From Mobula hypostoma (lineage: Eukaryota): 64,000 nucleotides of DNA. Location of the stretch: assembly GCF_963921235.1 (NCBI RefSeq), contig NC_086097.1:140988001-141052000 (forward strand), written 5' to 3'. Position 1 is the first letter of the stretch; each line of letters opens with the position of its first letter. The notes below the pieces were generated by a model. It was given only the letters and a program-made list of their open reading frames with translations. It was not told the origin of the DNA and ran no database searches. A program made the translations under genes and the position numbers. Positions 45,501 through 57,500 of this stretch are shown one piece after another.

Positions 45501-48500
45501 GAGGCTCGGCAGGAGGGTGGAGAAATCAGTCTAGAGGCTTGGCAGGAGGCTGGATTCGTCAGACGTGAAGCTAGGCTGAAGGCTGGAGTCTTCAGGCTAG
45601 AGGCTAGGCAGGAGGCTGGAGTCTTCAGGCTAGAGGCTAGGCAGGAGGCTGGAGTCTTCAGGCTTGAGGATCGGCAGGAGGCTGGAGTCTTCAGACTTGA
45701 GACTAGGCAGGGGGCCTGAGTCTTCAGGTTAGAGGTTAGGCAGGAGGCTGGATTCTTCAAGCTTGAGGCTAGGCAGGAGGATGGAGAAATCAGGCATGAG
45801 GCTAGGCAGGAGGCTGTATTCTTCTGGCTAGAGGCTAGGCAGGAGGCTGGCGACTTGAGACTTGAGACGAGGCTAGGCACGTGGCAGTACTCCAGGCTGG
45901 AGGCTATGCAGGCTGTTGGACTCGTGAGGCTTGAGGTTAGGCAGGAGGCTAGAGTCTTCAAGCTTGAGGCTCGGCAGGAGGCTGGAGTCTTCAGGTTAGA
46001 GGTGAAGCAGGAGGCTGGAGTCTTCCGGCTCGTGGCTAGGCAGAAGGATGTGGTCATCAGACTTGAGGCTTGGCTGGCGGCTGGAGTCTTCAGGCTAGAA
46101 GCTAGGCAGGAGGCTGGCATTTGAAGGCTTGAGGGTAGGCTGGATACTGGAGTCTTCAGACTTGAGGTTAGGCAGGAGGCTGGAGTCTTCACGTTTGAGG
46201 CTAGGCAGGAGGCTGGAGTCTTCAGGCTTGAGGCTAAGCAGGAGGCTGGAGTCTTCAGGCTTGAGGCTAAGCTGGAGTCTTGAGTCTTCAGACTTGAGGT
46301 TAGGGAGGAGGCTGGAGTCTTCAGGATTGAGGCGAGGCAGGAGGCTGGAGTCTTCAGGCTTGAGACTAGGCAGGGGGCCTGAGTCTTCAGATTAGAGGTT
46401 AGGCAGGAGGCTGGATTCTTCAAGCTTGAGGCTAGGCAGGAGGGTGGAGAAATCAGGCATGAGGCTAGGCAGGAGGCTGTATTCTTCTGGCTAGAGGCTA
46501 GGCAGGAGGCTGGAGTCTTCAGGCTTGAGGCTAGGCAGGAGCCTAGAGTCTTCAGGCTTGAGTCTCGGCAGCAGGCTGGAGTCTTCAGGCTTCAGGTTCG
46601 GCAGGAGCCTGGAGTCTTCAGGCTTGAGACTAGGCATGAGGCTTGAGTCTTCAGGCTTGTGGCTAGGCAGGAGGCTGGAGCCTTCAGTCTAGAGGCTTGG
46701 CAGGAGGCTGGATTCGTCAGACGTGAGGCTAGGCTGAAGGCTGTATTCTGCAGGCTTGAGGCTGGGCAGGAGGCTGGAGTCTTCAGGCTTGAGGCTAGGC
46801 AGGAGCCTAGAGTCTTCAGGCTTGAAGCTAGGCAGGAGGCTGGAGTCTTCAGGCTTGAGGCTAGGCAGCAGACAAGAGTCTTCAGGCTTGAGGCTAGGCA
46901 GAACGCTGGAGTCTTCAGTCTTGAGGCTCGGCAGGAGGCTGGAGTCTTCAACCTTGAGGCTAGGCAGGAGGCTGGTGTCTTCAGGCTAGAGGTTAGGTTC
47001 GTGGCTGATGACTTCAGCTTGTAGCTAGGCAGGAGGGTGGAGTAGTCAGGCTTGAGGCTAGGCAGGAGGCTGTATTCTTCAGGCTAGAGGCTAGGCAGGA
47101 GGCTGGAGTCTTCAGACTTGAGGTTAGGCAGGAGGCTGGAGTCTTCAGGCGTGAGGCTAGGCAGGGGACTGGAGTCTTCAGGTTCGAGGCTAGGTAGGGG
47201 GCTAGAGTCTTCAGGCTTGAGGCTAGGCAGGAGCCTGCAGTCATCAGGCTTGAGACTAGGCAGGGGGCTGGAGACTTCAGGTTAGAGGTTAGGCAGGAGG
47301 ATAGATTCTTCAAGCTTGAGGCTAGGCAGGAGGGTGGAAAGTTCAGGCTTGAGGCTAGGCAGGAGGCTGTATTCTTCAGGCTAGAGGTTAGGCAGGAGGC
47401 TGGAGTCTTCAGACTTGAGGTTAGGCAGGAGGCTGGATTATTCAAGCTTGATGCTAGGCAGGAGTCTGGAGTCTTCAGTCTAGAGGCTTGGCAGGAGGCT
47501 GGATTCGTCAGACGTGAGGCTAGGCTGAAGGCTGTATTCTTCAGGCTTGAGGTTAGGGAGGTGGCTGGAATCTTCAGGCTTGAGGCTAGGCAGGAGGCTG
47601 GATTCTTCAGGCATGAGGCTAGGCAGCAGGCAAGAGTATTCAGGCTTGAGGCTAGGCAGAACGCTGGAGTCTTCAGTCTTGAGGCTCGGCAGGAGGCTGG
47701 CGTCTTTAACCTTGAGGCTAGGCAGGAGGCTGGTGTCTTCAGGCTAGAGGCTAGATTCGCGACTGATGACTTCAGGCTTGTAGCTAGGCAGGAGGGTGGA
47801 GTAGTCAGGCTTGAGGCTAGGGAGGAGGCTGTATTCTTCAGGCTAGAGGCTAGGCAGGAGGCTAGCGACTTGAGACTTGAGACGAGGCTAGGCACGTGGC
47901 AGTACTCCAGGCTAGAGGCTATGCAGGCTGTTGGACTCGTGAGGCTTGAGGTTAGGCAGGAGGCTAGAGTCTTCAAGCTTGAGGCTCGGCAGGAGGCTGG
48001 AGTCTTCAGGTTAGAGGTGAAGCAGGAGGCTGGAGTCTTCCGGCTAGTGGCTAGGCAGAAGGATGTGGTCATCAGACTTGAGGCTTGGCTGGAGGCTGGA
48101 GTCTTCAGGCTAGAAGCTAGGCAGGAGGCTGGCATTTGAAGGCTTGAGGGTAGGCTGGATACTGGAGTCTTCAGACTTGAGGTTAGGCAGGAGGCTGGAG
48201 TCTTCACGTTTGAGGCTAGGCAGGAGGCTGGAGTCTTCAGGCTTGAGGCTAAGCAGGAGGCTGGAGTCTTCAGGCTTGAGGCTAAGCTGGAGTCTTGAGT
48301 CTTCAGACTTGAGGTTAGGGAGGAGGCTGGAGTCTTCAGGATTGAGGCGAGGCAGGAGGCTGGAGTCTTCAGGTTTGTGGCTTGGCAGGAGGCTGGCGTC
48401 TTCAGGTTTGTGGCTAGGCTGGAGGATGGAGTCTTCAGGCTAGAAGCTAGGCAGTAGGCTGTAGTCTTCACGCTAGAGGCTAGGCAGGATGTTGGAGTCG

Positions 48501-51500
48501 TCAGGCTTGAGGTTAAGCAGCAGGCTGGAGTCTTCACGCTTGAGGTTAGGGAGGATGCTGCAGTCTTCAGGATTGAGGCTAGGCAGGAGGCTGGAGTCTT
48601 CAGGCATGAGGCTAGGCAGCAGGCAAGAGTATTCAGGCTTGAGGCTAGGCAGAACGCTGGAGTCTTCAGTCTTGAGGCTCGGCAGGAGGCTGGCGTCTTT
48701 AACCTTGAGGCTAGGCAGGAGGCTGGTGTCTTCAGGCTAGAGGCTAGATTCGCGACTGATGACTTCAGGCTTGTAGCTAGGCAGGAGGGTGGAGTAGTCA
48801 GGCTTGAGGCTAGGGAGGAGGCTGTATTCTTCAGGCTAGAGGCTAGGCAGGAGGCTAGCGACTTGAGACTTGAGACGAGGCTAGGCACGTGGCAGTACTC
48901 CAGGCTAGAGGCTATGCAGGCTGTTGGACTCGTGAGGCTTGAGGTTAGGCAGGAGGCTAGAGTCTTCAAGCTTGAGGCTCGGCAGGAGGCTGGAGTCTTC
49001 AGGTTAGAGGTGAAGCAGGAGGCTGGAGTCTTCCGGCTAGTGGCTAGGCAGAAGGATGTGGTCATCAGACTTGAGGCTTGGCTGGAGGCTGGAGTCTTCA
49101 GGCTAGAAGCTAGGCAGGAGGCTGGCATTTGAAGGCTTGAGGGTAGGCTGGATACTGGAGTCTTCAGACTTGAGGTTAGGCAGGAGGCTGGAGTCTTCAC
49201 GTTTGAGGCTAGGCAGGAGGCTGGAGTCTTCAGGCTTGAGGCTAAGCAGGAGGCTGGAGTCTTCAGGCTTGAGGCTAAGCTGGAGTCTTGAGTCTTCAGA
49301 CTTGAGGTTAGGGAGGAGGCTGGAGTCTTCAGGATTGAGGCGAGGCAGGAGGCTGAAGTCTTCAGGTTTGTGGCTTGGCAGGAGGCTGGCGTCTTCAGGC
49401 TTGAGACTAGGCTGGATGCTGGAGTCTTCAGGCTTGAGGCTAGGCAGCAGGCTGGAGTCTTCAGGTTAGAGGCTAGGCAGGAGGCTGGAGTCTTCAGGCT
49501 AGAGGCTAGGCAGGAGGCTGGAGTCTTCAGGCTTGAGACTAGGCAGGGGTCCTGAGTCTTCAGGTTAGAGGTTAGGCAGGAGGCTGGAGTCTTCAGGCTA
49601 GAGGCTAGGTTCGAGGCTGCTGACTTCAGGCTTGAAGCTTGGCAGGAGGCTGGAGTCTTCAGGTTAGAGGCTAGGCAGGAGGCTGGAGTCTTCAGGCTAG
49701 AGGCTAGGCAGGAGGCTGGAGTCTTCAGGCTTGAGACTAGGCAGGGGGCCTGAGTCTTCAGGTTAGAGGTTAGGCAGGAGGCTGGAGTCTTCAGGTTTGA
49801 GGCTCGGCAGGAGGGTGGAGAAATCAGTCTAGAGGCTTGGCAGGAGGCTGGATTCGTCAGACGTGAAGCTAGGCTGAAGGCTGGAGTCTTCAGGCTAGAG
49901 GCTAGGCAGGAGGCTGGAGTCTTCAGGCTAGAGGCTAGGCAGGAGGCTGGAGTCTTCAGGCTTGAGGATCGGCAGGAGGCTGGAGTCTTCAGACTTGAGA
50001 CTAGGCAGGGGGCCTGAGTCTTCAGGTTAGAGGTTAGGCAGGAGGCTGGATTCTTCAAGCTTGAGGCTAGGCAGGAGGATGGAGAAATCAGGCATGAGGC
50101 TAGGCAGGAGGCTGTATTCTTCAGGCTAGAGGCTAGGCAGGAGGCTGGAGTCTTCAGGCTTGAGGCTAGGCAGGAGCCTAGAGTCTTCAGGCTTGAGACT
50201 CGGCAGCAGGCTGGAGTCTTCAGGCTTCAGGTTCGGCAGGAGCCTGGAGTCTTCAGGCTTGAGACTAGGCATGAGGCTTGAGTCTTCAGGCTTGTGGCTA
50301 GGCAGGAGGCTGGAGCCTTCAGTCTAGAGGCTTGGCAGGAGGCTGGATTCGTCAGACGTGAGGCTAGGCTGAAGGCTGTATTCTGCAGGCTTGAGGCTGG
50401 GCAGGAGGCTGGAGTCTTCAGGCTTGAAGCTAGGCAGGAGCCTAGAGTCTTCAGGCTTGAAGCTAGGCAGGAGGCTGGAGTCTTCAGGCTTGAGGCTAGG
50501 CAGGAGCCTAGAGTCTTCAGGCTTGAAGCTAGGCAGGAGGCTGGAGTCTTCAGGCTTGAGGCTCGGCAGGAGGCTGGAGTCTTCAACCTTGAGTCTAGGC
50601 AGGAGGCTGGTGTATTCAGGCTAGAGGTTAGGTTCGTGGCTGATGACTTCAGCTTGTAGCTAGGCAGGAGGGTGGAGTAGTCAGGCTTGAGGCTAGGCAG
50701 GAGGCTGTATTCTTCAGGCTAGAGGCTAGGCAGGAGGCTGGAGTCTTCAGACTTGAGGTTAGGCAGGAGGCTGGAGTCTTCAGGCGTGAGGCTAGGCAGG
50801 GGACTGGAGTCTTCAGGTTCGAGGCTAGGTAGGGGGCTAGAGTCTTCAGGCTTGAGGCTAGGCAGGAGCCTGCAGTCATCAGGCTTGAGACTAGGCAGGG
50901 GGCTGGAGACTTCAGGTTAGAGGTTAGGCAGGAGGATGGATTCTTCAAGCTTGAGGCTAGGCAGGAGGATGGAAAGTTCAGGCTTGAGGCTAGGCAGGAG
51001 GCTGTATTCTTCAGGCTAGAGGTTAGGCAGGAGGCTGGAGTCTTCAGACATGAGGTTAGGCAGGAGGCTGGATTATTCAAGCTTGATGCTAGGCAGGAGT
51101 CTGGAGTCTTCAGTCTAGAGGCTTGGCAGGAGGCTGGATTCGTCAGACGTGAGGCTAGGCTGAAGGCTGTATTCTTCAGGCTTGAGGCTAGGGAGGTGGC
51201 TGGAATCTTCAGGCTTGAGGCTAGGCAGGAGGCTGGATTCTTCAGGCATGAGGCTAGGCAGCAGGCAAGAGTATTCAGGCTTGAGGCTAGGCAGAACGCT
51301 GGAGTCTTCAGTCTTGAGGCTCGGCAGGAGGCTGGCGTCTTTAACCTTGAGGTTAGGCAGGAGGCTGGTGTCTTCAGGCTAGAGGCTAGATTCGCAACTG
51401 ATGACTTCAGGCTTGTAGCTAGGCAGGAGGGTGGAGTAGTCAGGCTTGAGGCTAGGGAGGAGGCTGTATTCTTCAGGCTAGAGGCTAGGCAGGAGGCTAG

Positions 51501-54500
51501 CGACTTGAGACTTGAGACGAGGCTAGGCACGTGGCAGTACTCCAGGCTAGAGGCTATGCAGGCTGTTGGACTCGTGAGGCTTGAGGTTAGGCAGGAGGCT
51601 AGAGTCTTCAAGCTTGAGGCTCGGCAGGAGGCTGGAGTCTTCAGGTTAGAGGTGAAGCAGGAGGCTGGAGTCTTCCGGCTCGTGGCTAGGCAGAAGGATG
51701 TGGTCATCAGACTTGAGGCTTGGCTGGAGGCTGGAGTCTTCAGGCTAGAAGCTAGGCAGGAGGCTGGCATTTGAAGGCTTGAGGGTAGGCTGGATACTGG
51801 AGTCTTCAGACTTGAGGTTAGGCAGGAGGCTGGAGTCTTCACGTTTGAGGCTAGGCAGGAGGCTGGAGTCTTCAGGCTTGAGGCTAAGCAGGAGGCTGGA
51901 GTCTTCAGGCTTGAGGCTAAGCTGGAGTCTTGAGTCTTCAGACTTGAGGTTAGGGAGGAGGCTGGAGTCTTCAGGATTGAGGCGAGGCAGGAGGCTGGAG
52001 TCTTCAGGCTTGAGACTAGGCAGGGGGCCTGAGTCTTCAGATTAGAGGTTAGGCAGGAGGCTGGATTCTTCAAGCTTGAGGCTAGGCAGGAGGGTGGAGA
52101 AATCAGGCATGAGGCTAGGCAGGAGGCTGTATTCTTCTGGCTAGAGGCTAGGCAGGAGGCTGGAGTCTTCAGGCTTGAGGCTAGGCAGGAGCCTAGAGTC
52201 TTCAGGCTTGAGACTCGGCAGCAGGCTGGAGTCTTCAGGCTTCAGGTTCGGCAGGAGCCTGGAGTCTTCAGGCTTGAGACTAGGCATGAGGCTTGAGTCT
52301 TCAGGCTTGTGGCTAGGCAGGAGGCTGGAGCCTTCAGTCTAGAGGCTTGGCAGGAGGCTGGATTCGTCAGACGTGAGGCTAGGCTGAAGGCTGTATTCTG
52401 CAGGCTTGAGGCTGGGCAGGAGGCTGGAGTCTTCAGGCTTGAGGCTAGGCAGGAGCCTAGAGTCTTCAGGCTTGAAGCTAGGCAGGAGGCTGGAGTCTTC
52501 AGGCTTGAGGCTAGGCAGCAGACAAGAGTCTTCAGGCTTGAGGCTAGGCAGAACGCTGGAGTCTTCAGTCTTGAGGCTCGGCAGGAGGCTGGAGTCTTCA
52601 ACCTTGAGGCTAGGCAGGAGGCTGGTGTCTTCAGGCTAGAGGTTAGGTTCGTGGCTGATGACTTCAGCTTGTAGCTAGGCAGGAGGGTGGAGTAGTCAGG
52701 CTTGAGGCTAGGCAGGAGGCTGTATTCTTCAGGCTAGAGGCTAGGCAGGAGGCTGGAGTCTTCAGACTTGAGGTTAGGCAGGAGGCTGGAGTCTTCAGGC
52801 GTGAGGCTAGGCAGGGGACTGGAGTCTTCAGGTTCGAGGCTAGGTAGGGGGCTAGAGTCTTCAGGCTTGAGGCTAGGCAGGAGCCTGCAGTCATCAGGCT
52901 TGAGACTAGGCAGGGGGCTGGAGACTTCAGGTTAGAGGTTAGGCAGGAGGATAGATTCTTCAAGCTTGAGGCTAGGCAGGAGGGTGGAAAGTTCAGGCTT
53001 GAGGCTAGGCAGGAGGCTGTATTCTTCAGGCTAGAGGTTAGGCAGGAGGCTGGAGTCTTCAGACTTGAGGTTAGGCAGGAGGCTGGATTATTCAAGCTTG
53101 ATGCTAGGCAGGAGTCTGGAGTCTTCAGTCTAGAGGCTTGGCAGGAGGCTGGATTCGTCAGACGTGAGGCTAGGCTGAAGGCTGTATTCTTCAGGCTTGA
53201 GGTTAGGGAGGTGGCTGGAATCTTCAGGCTTGAGGCTAGGCAGGAGGCTGGATTCTTCAGGCATGAGGCTAGGCAGCAGGCAAGAGTATTCAGGCTTGAG
53301 GCTAGGCAGAACGCTGGAGTCTTCAGTCTTGAGGCTCGGCAGGAGGCTGGCGTCTTTAACCTTGAGGCTAGGCAGGAGGCTGGTGTCTTCAGGCTAGAGG
53401 CTAGATTCGCGACTGATGACTTCAGGCTTGTAGCTAGGCAGGAGGGTGGAGTAGTCAGGCTTGAGGCTAGGGAGGAGGCTGTATTCTTCAGGCTAGAGGC
53501 TAGGCAGGATGCTAGCGACTTGAGACTTGAGACGAGGCTAGGCACGTGGCAGTACTCCAGGCTAGAGGCTATGCAGGCTGTTGGACTCGTGAGGCTTGAG
53601 GTTAGGCAGGAGGCTAGAGTCTTCAAGCTTGAGGCTCGGCAGGAGGCTGGAGTCTTCAGGTTAGAGGTGAAGCAGGAGGCTGGAGTCTTCCGGCTAGTGG
53701 CTAGGCAGAAGGATGTGGTCATCAGACTTGAGGCTTGGCTGGAGGCTGGAGTCTTCAGGCTAGAAGCTAGGCAGGAGGCTGGCATTTGAAGGCTTGAGGG
53801 TAGGCTGGATACTGGAGTCTTCAGACTTGAGGTTAGGCAGGAGGCTGGAGTCTTCACGTTTGAGGCTAGGCAGGAGGCTGGAGTCTTCAGGCTTGAGGCA
53901 GTGCAGGAGGCTGGAGACTTCAGGCTTGAGGCTAAGATGGAGTCTTGAGTCTTCAGACTTGAGGTTAGGGAGGAGGCTGGAGTCTTCAGGATTGAGGCTA
54001 GGCAGGAGGCTGGAGTCTTCAGGTTTGTGGCTTGGCAGGAGGCTGGCGTCTTCAGGTTTGTGGCTAGGCTGGAGGATGGAGTCTTCAGGCTAGAAGCTAG
54101 GCAGTAGGCTGTAGTCTTCACGCTAGAGGCTAGGCAGGATGTTGGAGTCGTCAGGCTTGAGGTTAGGCAGCAGGCTGGAGTCTTCACGCTTGAGGTTAGG
54201 GAGGAGGCTGCAGTCTTCAGGATTGAGGCTAGGCAGGAGGCTGGAGTCTTCAGGTTTCTGGTTAGGCAGGAGGCTGGTATCTTCAGGTTTGTGGCTAGGC
54301 AGGAGGCTGGAGTCTTCAGGCTTGAGGCTAAGCAGGAGGCTAGATTCTTCAGGCTTGAGGCTAGGCAGGAGGCTGGTGTCTTTAGGCTTGAGGCTAGGCA
54401 GGAGGCTGGAGTCTTCAGGTTTCTGGCTAGGCAGGAGGCTGGCATCTTCAGGTTTGTGGCTAGGCAGGAGGCTGGAGTCTTCAGGCTTGAGGCTAAGCAG

Positions 54501-57500
54501 GAGGCTAGATTCTTCAGGCTTGAGGCTAGGCAGGAGGCTGGTGTCTTTAGGCTTGAGGCTAGGCAGGAGGCTGGAGTCTTGAGAATTGAGGCGAGGCTTG
54601 GCAGGAGGGTGGAGTCTTCAGGACTGAGGCTAGGCAGGAGGCTGGATTCTTCAGATTAGAGGTGAAGCAGGAGGCTGGAGTCTTCCAGCTAGTGGCTAGG
54701 CAGGAGGCTGTGGTTTTCAGACTTGAGGCTAGGCTGGAGGCTGGAGTCTTCAGGCTAGAAGCTAGGCAGGAGGCTGGCATTTTCAGGCTTGATGGTAGGC
54801 TGGATACTGGTGTCTTCAGACTTGAGGTTAGGCAGGAGGCTGGAGTCTTCACGTTTGAGGCTAGGCATGAGGCTGGAGTCTTCAGGCTTGAGGCTAAGCA
54901 GGAGGCTGTAGTCTTCAGGCTTCAGGCTAGGCAGGAGGCTAGTGTCTTCAGGCATCAGGATGGGCAGGAATCTGGAGTGTTCAGGCTTGAGGCTAGGCAG
55001 GAGACTGGACTCTTCAGGCTTGAGGCTAGGCAGGAGGCTGGTATCTTCATGTTTGTGGCTAGGCAGGAGGCTGGAGTCTTCAGGCTTGAGGCTAAGCAGG
55101 AGGCTAGATTCTTCAGGCTTGAGGCTAGGCAGGTGGCTGGTGTCTTTAAGCTTGAGGCTAGGCAGGAGGCTGGAGTCTTCAGGTTTCTGGCTAGGCAGGA
55201 GGCTGGCATCTTCAGGTTTGTGGCTAGGCAGGAGGCTGGAGTTTTCAGGCTTGAGGCTAGGCAGGAGGATAGATTCTTCAGGCTTGAGGCTAGGCAGGAG
55301 GCTGGTGTCTTTAGGCTTGAGGCTAGGCAGGAGGCTGGAGTCTTGAGAATTGAGGCGAGGCTTGGCAGGAGGGTGGAGTCTTCAGGACTGAGGCTAGGCA
55401 GGAGGCTGGATTCTTCAGATTAGAGGTGAAGCAGGAGGCTGGAGTCTTTCAGCTAGTGGCTAGGCAGGAGGCTGTGGTCTTCAGACTTGAGGCTAGGCTG
55501 GAGGCTGGAGTCTTCAGGCTAGAAGCTAGGCAGGAGGCTGGCATTTTCAGGCTTGAGGGTAGGCTGGATACTGGTGTCTTCAGACTTGAGGTTAGGCAGG
55601 AGGCTGGAGTCTTCACGTTTGAGGCTAGGCAGGAGGCTGGAGTCTTCAGGCTTGAGGCTAAGCAGGAGGCTGTAGTCTTCAGGCATCAGGCTGGGCAGGA
55701 ATCTGGAGTGTTCAGGCTTGAGGCTAGGCAGGAGACTGGACTCTTCAGGCTTGAGGCTAGGCAGGAGGCTGGTATCTTCAGGTTTGTGGCTAGGCAGGAG
55801 GCTGGAGTCTTCAGGCTTGAGGCTAAGCAGGAGGCTAGATTCTTCAGGCTTGAGGCTAGGCAGGAGGCTGGTGTCTTTAGGCTTGAGGCTAGGCAGGAGG
55901 CTGGAGTCTTCAGGTTTCTGGCTAGGCAGGAGGCTGGCATCTTCAGGTTTGTGGCTAGGCAGGAGGCTGGAGTCTTCAGGCTTGAGGCTAGGCAGGAGGC
56001 TGGAGTCTTCAGGCTTGAGGCTAGGCAGGAGGCTGGTGTCTTTAGGCTTGAGGCTAGGCAGGAGGCTGGAGTCTTGAGAATTGAGGCGAGGCTTGGCAGG
56101 AGTGTGGAGTCTTCAGGACTGAGGCTAGGCAGGAGGCTGGATTCTTCAGATTAGAGGTGAAGCAGGAGGCTGGAGTCTTCCAGCTAGTGGCTAGGCAGGA
56201 GGCTGTGGTCTTCAGACTTGAGGCTAGGCTGGAGGCTGGAGTCTTCAGGCTAGAAGCTAGGCAGGAGGCGGGAGTCTTCAGGCTTGAGGCTAAGCAGGAG
56301 GCTGTAGTCTTCAGGCTTCAGGCTAGGCAGGAGGCTAGTGTCTTCAGGCATCAGGCTGGGCAGGAATCTGGAGTGTTCAGGCTTGAGGCTAGGCAGGAGA
56401 CTGGACTCTTCAGGCTTGAGGCTAGGCAGGAGGCTGGTATCTTCATGTTTGTGGCTAGGCAGGAGGCTGGAGTCTTCAGGCTTGAGGCTAAGCAGGAGGC
56501 TAGATTCTTCAGGCTTGAGGCTAGGCAGGAGGCTGGTGTCTTTAGGCTTGAGGCTAGGCAGGAGGCTGGAGTCTTCAGGTTTCTGGCTAGGCAGGAGGCT
56601 GGCATCTTCAGGTTTGTGGCTAGGCAGGAGGCTGGAGTCTTCAGGCTTGAGGCTAGGCAGGAGGATAGATTCTTCAGGCTTGAGGCTAGGCAGGAGGCTG
56701 GTGTCTTTAGGCTTGAGGCTAGGCAGGAGGCTGGAGTCTTGAGAATTGAGGCGAGGCTTGGCAGGAGGGTGGAGTCTTCAGGACTGAGGCTAGGCAGGAG
56801 GCTGGATTCTTCAGATTAGAGGTGAAGCAGGAGGCTGGAGTCTTTCAGCTAGTGGCTAGGCAGGAGGCTGTGGTCTTCAGACTTGAGGCTAGGCTGGAGG
56901 CTGGAGTCTTCAGGCTAGAAGCTAGGCAGGAGGCTGGAATTTTCAGGCTTGAGGGTAGGCTGGATACCGGAGTCTTCAGACTTGAGGTTAGGCAGGAGGC
57001 TGGAGTCTTCACGTTTGAGGCTAGGCAGGAGGCTGGAGTCTTCAGGCTTGAGGTTAAGCAGGAGGCTGGTGTCTTCAGGCATCAGGCTGGGCAGAATCTG
57101 GAGTGTTGAGGCTTGAGGCTAGGCAGGAGGCTGGAGTCTTCAGGCTTGAGGCTAGGCAGGAGGCTGGAGTCTTCAGGCTTGAGGCTAGGCAGGAGGCTGG
57201 AGTCTTCAGGCTTGAGGCTAAGCAGGAGGCTAGATTCTTCAGGCTTGAGGCTAGGCAGGAGGCTGGAGTCTTCAGGCTTGAGGCTAGGCAGGAGGCTGGA
57301 GTCTTCAGGTTTCTGGCTAGGCAGGAGGCTGGCATCTTCAGGTTTGTGGCTAGGCAGGAGGCTGGAGTCTTCAGGCTTGAGGCTAGGCAGGAGGCTGGAT
57401 TCTTCAGGCTTGAGGCTAGGCAGGAGGCTGGTGTCTTTAGGCTTGAGGCTAGGCAGGAGGCTGGAGTCTTGAGAATTGAGGCGAGGCTTGGCAGGAGGGT